64,000 nt of DNA. Source: Bacillota bacterium (lineage in GTDB: Bacteria > Bacillota_I > Bacilli_A > Erysipelotrichales > Coprobacillaceae). A program made the translations under genes and the position numbers. Positions within the stretch are counted from its first letter, which is position 1; the number at the start of each line of letters is the position of its first letter. Under the pieces are notes generated by a model, which worked only from the letters and a program-made list of their open reading frames with translations, searched no databases and was not told the origin of the DNA. This document shows positions 57,154-64,000 of this stretch, one piece after another. The stretch covers positions 28,598 through 92,597 of the forward strand of contig JAUNWT010000001.1 in the NCBI GenBank assembly GCA_030540195.1. Direction: 5' to 3'.

Positions 57154-57876
57154 ATGAAACAATATATATATGGAAAAAATCCTATCATGGAAGCGTTAAA
57201 GGGTGCGAGTGTTTATAAGATTTATATGTTGAATGGACATAAAGATCAAAAGATTTTTGACTTATGTAAAAGAAATCAAATTCCTTTAGAGTTTGTGGAT
57301 AAAAAAGAATTTGATAAAAAAGTTGGAAAAGTTGTTCATCAAGGAGTCATGGCATATATTGAAAACTATCGTTATTACTCGATAGATGAAATCTTAAATT
57401 CCATTCAACCAGGTAAACAACCATTATTATTAATGCTTGATGGTTTAGAAGATCCCCACAACTTAGGGGCAATATTAAGAACATGTGATGCTGTAGGGGT
57501 TGATGGTGTCATTATTGGAAAAAATAGAAGTGTTGGTTTAAATGCAACGGTTGCTAAAGTTTCTACAGGAGCGATTCATCATGTTAAAGTAGCACAAGTT
57601 ACAAATCTTACAAGAACTTTAGAAGATTTAAAGAAGAAATCATTTTGGGTCGTAGGATGTGAACTTGAAAACAGTCAAGACTATCGAAGTGTGGATTACA
57701 ATATGCCAACGGTTTTAGTTATTGGTTCAGAAGGTTTTGGTATGTCACGTCTTGTTAAAAAAAGTTGCGATATTAATGTTGTTTTACCAATGGAAGGGCA
57801 TGTAAACTCTTTAAATGCTTCTGTTGCTGCTTCGGTTCTTCTCTATCAAGTATATAATTCAAGACACCCTTTATAA
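57154..57876 (+). CDS. rlmB: 23S rRNA (guanosine-2'-O-)-methyltransferase RlmB (SpoU/TrmH family)
   Basis: ORF track 57097..57876. ATG 57154 preferred (GGAGAAAAAT SD; MKQYIYGKNPIMEAL). SpoU motifs DGLEDPHNLGAILRT, VIGSEGFGMS, LNASVAASVLLY. Confidence 0.85.
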   Translation: MKQYIYGKNPIMEALKGASVYKIYMLNGHKDQKIFDLCKRNQIPLEFVDKKEFDKKVGKVVHQGVMAYIENYRYYSIDEILNSIQPGKQPLLLMLDGLEDPHNLGAILRTCDAVGVDGVIIGKNRSVGLNATVAKVSTGAIHHVKVAQVTNLTRTLEDLKKKSFWVVGCELENSQDYRSVDYNMPTVLVIGSEGFGMSRLVKKSCDINVVLPMEGHVNSLNASVAASVLLYQVYNSRHPL

Positions 57877-57895
57877 AAAAGAAAGGGGATAAACT

Positions 57896-58486
57896 ATGAT
57901 AGCGTACAATGAACAAGAATTAATTTATTTATATCATTTAGGTTCGATGAGAGCCTATGAAATATTATTAAGTGAATATCGAAGATTTATTTATGCTTAT
58001 GCAAATCGCTATGATAGTGGTATTGAATATTCAGAAGATTCGCTTCAAGAAATGATGATTTCACTTGCTCATTCTTTTGAAGCGTATCGTGTTGACAAAA
58101 ATACTTCTATGCGTACTTACTTTTTCTATGTCATCAAGGCTTCGTTAAATACTAAAAAAAGAAAGGTCTATCGAAAAATACGTTATCTTGATGATAAAAA
58201 GAAAATTTCTTTAGATCAGGATATCTATGGTACGACCACAAAAGTAGAAAATATTATTGCAGATACTAAAGAAACTTATCGACCAGAATGTCAATTAGAA
58301 ATCCAAAATCGACAACAAATATCATTAGATGTTTTAGAAAAGAAGGCCTCACCTTTAGAAAAAGAGGTCATCTATTATCTACAATTGGGATATAAGTTTA
58401 AAGAAATCGCAGAAATATTAGGGGTCGATATTCGGTGTATTTATAATGCACATTATCGTTTGAAAAAGAAAGTCCGCTGTAAATAA
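57896..58486 (+). CDS. sigH: Sigma-70 family RNA polymerase sigma factor, SigH-like by synteny
   Basis: 196 aa. Region 2-like N-terminus and region 4 HTH (FKEIAEILGVDIRCIYNAHYRLKKK). It occupies the sigH slot between rlmB and rpmG-secE-nusG. The sequence is divergent. Confidence 0.65.
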   Translation: MIAYNEQELIYLYHLGSMRAYEILLSEYRRFIYAYANRYDSGIEYSEDSLQEMMISLAHSFEAYRVDKNTSMRTYFFYVIKASLNTKKRKVYRKIRYLDDKKKISLDQDIYGTTTKVENIIADTKETYRPECQLEIQNRQQISLDVLEKKASPLEKEVIYYLQLGYKFKEIAEILGVDIRCIYNAHYRLKKKVRCK

Positions 58487-58544
58487 GATTGACTATGATT
58501 TTCTTTTATGCTAAATTATAGTAGCATAGAAATGAGTTGATATT

Positions 58545-58694
58545 ATGAAGGAAAAAGTCATTTTAGTGTGTAGTGAATGTTTATCAAGAAACTATACAAT
58601 GACAAAAAATAAAAGATTAAATGTAAACAGATTAGAATTAAATAAATATTGTAAACGATGTGGTAAACATACTTTACATAAAGAAACAAAATAA
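58545..58694 (+). CDS. rpmG: 50S ribosomal protein L33
   Basis: Missing from the ORF track (49 aa). [49 protein letters not shown]. CxxC...CxxC zinc-ribbon form. Conserved position before secE. Confidence 0.9.
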   Translation: MKEKVILVCSECLSRNYTMTKNKRLNVNRLELNKYCKRCGKHTLHKETK

Positions 58695-58707
58695 AGGAGG
58701 TTACCTC

Positions 58708-58947
58708 GTGTTTGGTAAAAAAGCTGAGACAGAAGTTATTGAAGAAGTAGAACACGAATTACGTTTTAAAGAATGGTTTAATTTAAAAGGTATTCGTGAA
58801 GAAATTAAAAAAGTTCATTGGTTAACAAAAAAAGAATTATTTAATAATTCAGTAGTTGTATTAGTATTTACTTTTGTAATGGGATTATTCTTCTTTGGAG
58901 GAGATGCCGTTATTGCATTTATTTTAAAAGCATTGGGGATGGATTAG
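58708..58947 (+). CDS. secE: Preprotein translocase subunit SecE
   Basis: ORF track 58660..58947. In-frame GTG 58708 preferred (AAAGGAGG SD 7 nt upstream; the longer ORF would overlap rpmG). Single C-terminal TM VVVLVFTFVMGLFFFGGDAVIAFIL. Confidence 0.8.
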   Translation: MFGKKAETEVIEEVEHELRFKEWFNLKGIREEIKKVHWLTKKELFNNSVVVLVFTFVMGLFFFGGDAVIAFILKALGMD

Positions 58948-58950
58948 ATT

Positions 58951-59505
58951 ATGGCAGGAATGAATGATGAAGGTAGACAATGGTATGTTGTTTGTACATA
59001 CAATGGTCATGAAAACAAAGTAAAAGAAAACTTAGAAAAACGTATTGAATCAATGGGATTACAAGATTGTTTATATAATATTCTTATCCCAGAACATGTT
59101 GAAACAGTTATTAAAGATGGTAAAAAAATTAATAAAGTAACAAATATGTTCCCAGGATATGTTCTTGTAGAAATGGTTATGACTGATGAAGCATGGTACG
59201 TTGTACGTAATACATCAGGAGTATCTGGATTCATTGGTTCTTCAGGTGGTGGAGCAAAACCTTTCCCACTTCAAAAACATGAATTAGATCCTATTTTAAA
59301 GAAAATGGGACTTTCTACATCAGCAATTGAAATTGATTATGCTGTTGGGGATGAAGTCAATGTTATTTCAGGACCTTTCGCTGGTAAAAGTGGAACAGTT
59401 GAATCAATTGATTTTGAAAAGGAAAATGCAAAAGTGCTTATTGATTTCTTAGGTAATCAAACACCTATGGAAATTGAATTAGTTGCATTAGAAAAAGCAT
59501 TCTAG
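58951..59505 (+). CDS. nusG: Transcription termination/antitermination factor NusG
   Basis: 184 aa. NGN domain (QWYVVCTYNGHENKVKENLE, FPGYVLVEM) and KOW motif GDEVNVISGPFAGKSGTV. Confidence 0.95.
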   Translation: MAGMNDEGRQWYVVCTYNGHENKVKENLEKRIESMGLQDCLYNILIPEHVETVIKDGKKINKVTNMFPGYVLVEMVMTDEAWYVVRNTSGVSGFIGSSGGGAKPFPLQKHELDPILKKMGLSTSAIEIDYAVGDEVNVISGPFAGKSGTVESIDFEKENAKVLIDFLGNQTPMEIELVALEKAF

Positions 59506-59533
59506 GACAAATGTTTCATACATTTGTCTTTTT
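59506..59533 (+). terminator. Rho-independent terminator after nusG
   Basis: GACAAATG-TTTCATA-CATTTGTC, an 8-bp stem followed by T5. Confidence 0.8.
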
Positions 59534-59548
59534 ATTAGGAGGAAGAAA

Positions 59549-60340
59549 ATGTCTAAATTATTTTTCTTTGATATTGATGGAACATTAATTGAATGTAATA
59601 AAGGTCTTTATGAAATATCAAAAACAAATAGACAATCGTTTGATGTCTTAAAAGAAAGAGGACATGATGTCTTTTTAGCGACAGGAAGATGTAAATGTTT
59701 TATTACAGATGGCGTTATGAATTATCCATTTAGTGGCTATGTCACATGTAACGGAGGTTATGTAGAATATAAAGGAAAAGCACTTTATAAAGCAATTGTG
59801 CCAGCTAAAGCAATTGAAGAAACAATTAAATTATCAAAAGAACATCATTTTAGTTTTTATTTTGAAAGTAATGATTATATTTATGTTTTAGATCGAAATG
59901 AACCTAGACATGTGGAATTTGCGAAAAATTGGGGAATGAAAGATGAAACAATTATTGATGACTTTGATCCACAAGAAATCGAAACTTATATTGGAATGAT
60001 CGTTGTCAATTCTAAAGAAGATATTCCTGTTTTAGTAGAAACACTTTCGCCTTATTTTGATATTCAAAGACATCAAACAGGTTATTCATTTGATTTAACT
60101 TTAAAAGGTGTTTCAAAAGCAGTAGGAATTAAAAAACTTGTAGAAGCTTTAAATAAAGATATGCAAGATACCATTGCTTTTGGTGATGGAAGAAATGATC
60201 TACAAATGTTGGAAGAAGTAAACACTGGTGTTGCTATGGGAAATGCAGTCCCAGAAGCAAAAGCGGTAGCTGATGAAGTATGTCAAGATGTTATCGATGA
60301 TGGAATTACCTTATGGTTGAAGGAACACGACTTTATTTAA
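59549..60340 (+). CDS. Cof-type HAD-IIB family hydrolase
   Basis: 263 aa. Motif I FFDIDGTL, motif IV FGDGRNDLQM. Confidence 0.85.
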   Translation: MSKLFFFDIDGTLIECNKGLYEISKTNRQSFDVLKERGHDVFLATGRCKCFITDGVMNYPFSGYVTCNGGYVEYKGKALYKAIVPAKAIEETIKLSKEHHFSFYFESNDYIYVLDRNEPRHVEFAKNWGMKDETIIDDFDPQEIETYIGMIVVNSKEDIPVLVETLSPYFDIQRHQTGYSFDLTLKGVSKAVGIKKLVEALNKDMQDTIAFGDGRNDLQMLEEVNTGVAMGNAVPEAKAVADEVCQDVIDDGITLWLKEHDFI

Positions 60341-60378
60341 AGTGAACATTATTTTGTTATAATGGATGCGGTGATGAT

Positions 60379-61374
60379 ATGAAAGAAAAAAAATTAACAA
60401 TGAAAGACATTGCAGAAATGGCTGGCGTTGGAAAAACTACAGTTTCTCGTTATTTTAACGGAGGTTATGTTAAAGAAGAAACAAAAATAAAAATAAAGAA
60501 AATCATAGATCAATATAATTATCAACCAAATACTTTTGCACAAAGTTTAAAGGCTAAAGAAACAAAAATCATTGGTGTGATAGCACCAACTTTAACTTCA
60601 ACAACTTCTTCAAGAATGATTTCAAGTTTAAATCGTTATTTAAAAAAAGAAGGGTATACTCCTTTAATTATTGATACGAATTATAATCAATTAGAAGAAT
60701 TAAGTGCGATAGAAAAATTATGGCATATGAATGTTGATGGAATTGTTTTAGTAGCAACTGAACTTACTATGGCTCACCATACGCTTTCTAAAAAGCTTGA
60801 TATTCCTTTTGTTGTTTTAGGACAAGAAATGAAAGAAGGCTATTCTATTGTTAATGATGATTATGATGCTGGTTTTGAAGTAGGAAAATATGCTGGTAAA
60901 ATGCATCATCAAAAAATTATTTATTTAGGAGTTAATGCAAAAGATGAAGCGGTTGGTTATCGACGTAGAAAAGGTGTTCTAGATGGTTTAAAACAAAGTG
61001 GCATCGGAAATGTTAAAGTTGTTGAAACAGACTTTACGTTTGATAAAACTCGAAAGGTTGTTTCTGAACTTTTAAAAAGAGAACTACCTTCTTTGATCAT
61101 TTGTGCAACAGATAATATTGCCCTTGCAACTTTTAAAGAACTTAAAGAAAACAATATTAAAGTACCTGAAACCGTTTCTTTAATAGGTTTTGGTGGATAT
61201 GAAATTTCTAAATTAATTACACCTTCTCTTTGTACAATTCGCTTTGATAATGAACATGCAGGCGCATTGGCAGGAGAAACTTTATTAAAACTCATCAAAA
61301 AAGAAGAAGTAGAACCTACACAAAAGATCCATTATCAGTTTATTAAAGGCGGTAGTGTTGATAATAAAGCATAG
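60379..61374 (+). CDS. scrR: LacI family transcriptional regulator (sucrose operon repressor-like)
   Basis: 331 aa. HTH MKDIAEMAGVGKTTVSRYFNG. Periplasmic-binding-protein-like core. Directly upstream of scrA-scrB. Confidence 0.85.
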   Translation: MKEKKLTMKDIAEMAGVGKTTVSRYFNGGYVKEETKIKIKKIIDQYNYQPNTFAQSLKAKETKIIGVIAPTLTSTTSSRMISSLNRYLKKEGYTPLIIDTNYNQLEELSAIEKLWHMNVDGIVLVATELTMAHHTLSKKLDIPFVVLGQEMKEGYSIVNDDYDAGFEVGKYAGKMHHQKIIYLGVNAKDEAVGYRRRKGVLDGLKQSGIGNVKVVETDFTFDKTRKVVSELLKRELPSLIICATDNIALATFKELKENNIKVPETVSLIGFGGYEISKLITPSLCTIRFDNEHAGALAGETLLKLIKKEEVEPTQKIHYQFIKGGSVDNKA

Positions 61375-61410
61375 AAACATAATTCAAAAAGAGTTATGTT
61401 TTTTATTTTT
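61375..61410 (+). terminator. Possible terminator after scrR
   Basis: AACATAA...TTATGTT, a 7-bp stem with an 11-nt loop, followed by T6 and a longer T tract. Confidence 0.45.
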
Positions 61411-61421
61411 TTTAAAAAATA

Positions 61422-61497
61422 TGGTACCGATACCACATTTTATGTTGACAACGCTTTCAAAATAAAGTATATTATCAGTGCAAGGAACCGGTACCAT
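61422..61497 (+). promoter_or_regulatory. scrA promoter with cre and two LacI-type operator candidates
   Basis: O1 TGGTACCGATACCA (61422-61435). -35 TTGACA (61445-61450), 17 nt, -10 TATATT (61468-61473). cre-like TGACAACGCTTTCA (61446-61459), 13 of 14 to consensus. O2 GGAACCGGTACCAT (61484-61497), downstream of the -10. Confidence 0.55.
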
Positions 61498-61511
61498 ATA
61501 AGGAGGACAAT

Positions 61512-63371
61512 ATGAATTATAATCAAATAGCAAAAGATGTCATTGAAGCTGTTGGTGGTAAAGAAAATATTACACATGCGATGCATTGTGCTACAAGACT
61601 TCGTTTGACATTAAAAGATGAAAGTTTAGTTAATGAAAATGCAGTAACAGATGTTGAAGGTGTTAAGGGAACGTTTAATGCAAAAGGACAATACCAAATT
61701 ATTTTTGGTTCAGGGCTTGTTAACTTAGTTTGTCAAGAAGTATGTTCTATCTTAGGTTTCCAAAGTGAAACACCACAAGTAGAAGAAAAAGAAGAAGGAA
61801 ATTTATTACAAAGAGCGGTTAAATTATTATCAGATATCTTTGTTCCAATTATTCCAGCAATCGTTGCTGGTGGGTTGTTAATGGGATTAAACAATATACT
61901 TACTGCACAAGGTTTAGTTGGGGTAGGAAAAAGTATTATTGATGTTTATCCACAATTTAAAGATCTTGCAACAATGATCAATGTTTTTGCGAATGCCGCA
62001 TTTACATTCTTACCTGTTTTAATTGGTTTTAGTGCCACAAAAAAATTTGGTGGAAATCCTTATTTAGGAGCTGCCATGGGAATGATCATGGTACATCCAG
62101 ATTTATTAAATGCTTATAGTTATGGAAAAGCAGGAATTGATGTTCCAACATGGAATATCTTTGGTTTAACAATTGAAGCAGTTGGTTATCAAGGAACTGT
62201 GTTACCAGTTTTAGGTGTTTCTTGGATTCTAGCCAATATTGAAAAAAGATTACATAAAGTAACACCTACATGGTTAGATAACTTAACAACACCAATGCTT
62301 TCTATTTTGGTAACAGGATTTATTACTTTTATTTGTGTAGGTCCTATTTTAAGACAAGCAGGGATTTATCTTGCTGATGGAATTTCTTGGATGTATAACA
62401 CTTTAGGATTTATTGGTGGTGGTTTATTTGGATTCTTCTACGCACCTATTGTTTTAACAGGAATGCATCATAGTTTTATCGCAGTAGAAACACAATTATT
62501 AGCTTCTATTCAAACAACAGGAGGATCATTCATCTTCCCAACAGCATCTATGTCAAATGTGGCACAAGGAGCAGCTGTACTTGCTGTATTAGCTCTAACA
62601 AAAGATAAAAAATTAAAAAGTATTTGTTCAGCATCTGGTGTTTCAGCTTTACTTGGAATCACTGAACCAGCGATGTTTGGAGTTACTTTAAAATTAAAAT
62701 ACCCATTTATTGGTGCAATGTGCGGTAGTGGTGTTGGTAGTGCGTATCTTGCAGGAACACATGTTTTATCAAATGCTTTAGGAGCAGCGGGAATTCCAGG
62801 ATTTTTATCAATTCCAGTAGGAAGTTATTTAAACTTTGCGGTTGGTATGGTTCTAGCTTTTGTGGTTTCGTTTGTTGTAACTGTATTCTTATTTAAAAAA
62901 GAAAACGGAAAAGTAAGTCAACATAAAGAAAATAAAGTTTTATCACCAATGAAAGGTGAAGTTAAAAATATTAGTGAAATTTCAGATCCTACATTTGCAG
63001 GAAAAATGATGGGTGATGGATTTATGATCATCCCAGAAAATGGTGAAGTCATTGCACCATTTGATGGAGAAGTAATGATGGTTTTTCCAACAAAACATGC
63101 CCTTGGTTTAAAATCGGTAGATGGTGAAGAATTATTGATTCATTGTGGTTTAGATACAGTGACTTTAAATGGTGAACCATTTGAAGTAAAGGTACATCAA
63201 GGTGATCAAATTAAAGCTGGACAATTATTAATGAAAGCTGATTTAAATAAAATCAAGGAAGCAGGTTGTTCAATTGAAACAGCGGTTGTTATTACTAATG
63301 GTGTTTCTTTTGAAATGATTCAAGAAGGAAAATGTGAACAAGGAACAGAAGTATTAGAAGTGAAAGGGTAA
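61512..63371 (+). CDS. scrA: PTS sucrose-family transporter, EIIBCA
   Basis: 619 aa. EIIB Cys motif AMHCATRLRL, EIIC membrane domain, C-terminal EIIA (LIHCGLDTV). SD AAGGAGG. Confidence 0.9.
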   Translation: MNYNQIAKDVIEAVGGKENITHAMHCATRLRLTLKDESLVNENAVTDVEGVKGTFNAKGQYQIIFGSGLVNLVCQEVCSILGFQSETPQVEEKEEGNLLQRAVKLLSDIFVPIIPAIVAGGLLMGLNNILTAQGLVGVGKSIIDVYPQFKDLATMINVFANAAFTFLPVLIGFSATKKFGGNPYLGAAMGMIMVHPDLLNAYSYGKAGIDVPTWNIFGLTIEAVGYQGTVLPVLGVSWILANIEKRLHKVTPTWLDNLTTPMLSILVTGFITFICVGPILRQAGIYLADGISWMYNTLGFIGGGLFGFFYAPIVLTGMHHSFIAVETQLLASIQTTGGSFIFPTASMSNVAQGAAVLAVLALTKDKKLKSICSASGVSALLGITEPAMFGVTLKLKYPFIGAMCGSGVGSAYLAGTHVLSNALGAAGIPGFLSIPVGSYLNFAVGMVLAFVVSFVVTVFLFKKENGKVSQHKENKVLSPMKGEVKNISEISDPTFAGKMMGDGFMIIPENGEVIAPFDGEVMMVFPTKHALGLKSVDGEELLIHCGLDTVTLNGEPFEVKVHQGDQIKAGQLLMKADLNKIKEAGCSIETAVVITNGVSFEMIQEGKCEQGTEVLEVKG

Positions 63372-63374
63372 TTA

Positions 63375-64000
63375 TGAATAATATAGAAAGATTAGTACAA
63401 GCAATCAAAGAAGAAAAAGTGAATAAAAATGATCCCTATCGTTTACATTATCATTTAATGCCACCAGTAGGGTGGCTGAATGATCCTAATGGATTATGTC
63501 AATTTAAAGGAACATATCATATTTATTACCAATGGGCACCTGCCGACGTTAACAATGGTTTAAAAGGTTGGGGACATTACGTAACCAAAGATTTTATACA
63601 TTACCAAGAATTAGGAATGCCTCTTTTTCCAGATCATGAAAGAGATAAAAATGGAGCCTATTCAGGAAGTGCCTTTGTTGAAAATGATAAAATTCATTAT
63701 TTCTATACAGGAAATGTAAAAGAAATAGGAGATTATGATTATATTTTAAAAGGAAGACAACATAATGTGATGCATGTTGAAAGTAGTGATGGTAATCAAC
63801 TTCTTCATAAAGAATGTTTAATGGTCAATAGTGATTATCCAGATGATTTAACATGTCATGTACGTGATCCTAAAATTTATAAAAGAGATCATTATTATCT
63901 TGTTTTAGGTGCACGTGATGTAAATGATGTTGGGCAAGTTGTTTTATTTCAAAGTGATGATTTAAAGAATTTTAAATATTGTAGTCGTATCAAAACAAAA
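63375..64000 (+). CDS. scrB: Sucrose-6-phosphate hydrolase (GH32), 3' end cut by window edge
   Basis: Not in the ORF track because it runs off the window. ATG 63375. MNNIERLVQAIKEEKVNKNDPYRLHYHLMPPVGWLNDPNGLCQFKGTYHIYYQWAP contains the GH32 WxNDPNG catalytic Asp motif. Confidence 0.9.

Overview
Chromosomal segment of a low-GC, spore-forming Bacillota genome. By hand, spot checks give roughly 30% G+C. Gene content and Bacillus-like synteny are compatible with Erysipelotrichia or Clostridia, but taxonomy cannot be verified here. Coding density is high and I found no rRNA, tRNA, CRISPR array, IS element or prophage.

Main blocks, in order:
- 1-4.5 kb: lactonase, nagA, and an Lrp plus aminotransferase pair.
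- 4.5-6.2 kb: an AT-rich cassette of an unknown protein plus a WYL regulator.
- 6.2-20.9 kb: a redox/carbonyl-detoxification island. It holds a LysR regulator, an Isf-like flavoprotein, MerR plus Fe-ADH, four aldo/keto reductases, a flavodoxin-ferredoxin fusion, and a DUF4405 / anchored-flavodoxin / flavin-reductase operon. A licT-type antiterminator and beta-glucoside PTS operon is wedged into it.
- 21.1-27.7 kb: pstSCAB-phoU-phoPR with Pho boxes.
- 27.8-29.2 kb: an AAA+ / PD-(D/E)XK (DUF4143) ATPase.
- 29.2-34.0 kb: DeoR, a glycyl radical enzyme, its activase, and a fructose-6-P-aldolase-type aldolase.
- 34.0-40.2 kb: GH1 phospho-beta-glucosidase with RpiR, a LytTR regulator with a membrane partner, and an ABC exporter.
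- 40.3-43.8 kb: FMN alpha-hydroxyacid oxidoreductase, a YheO-like regulator and a CBS-pyrophosphatase.
- 43.8-50.6 kb: yabO-(PD-(D/E)XK insertion)-yabP-yabQ-divIC, ung, folC, gerQ and cwlJ.
- 50.8-54.5 kb: glgCDA.
- 55.2-59.5 kb: a cysS T-box leader, then cysS-mrnC-rlmB-sigH-rpmG-secE-nusG.
- 59.5-64.0 kb: a HAD hydrolase and scrR-scrA-scrB.

Most interesting observations:
1. An operator+promoter module present four times with invariant spacing. It ties 11 redox genes into one putative LysR regulon.
2. Within that regulon, an operon that looks like a trans-membrane electron conduit: a DUF4405 cytochrome-b-like protein, two signal-anchored flavodoxins and a cytoplasmic flavin reductase.
3. An eliminase-type glycyl radical enzyme module with an FSA-type aldolase.
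4. An orphan LytTR/membrane-protein pair divergent from an ABC exporter.
5. A 45-bp near-identical terminator repeat bracketing a 6.2-kb block.

All functional calls come from reading motifs and synteny by eye. No database search was run.
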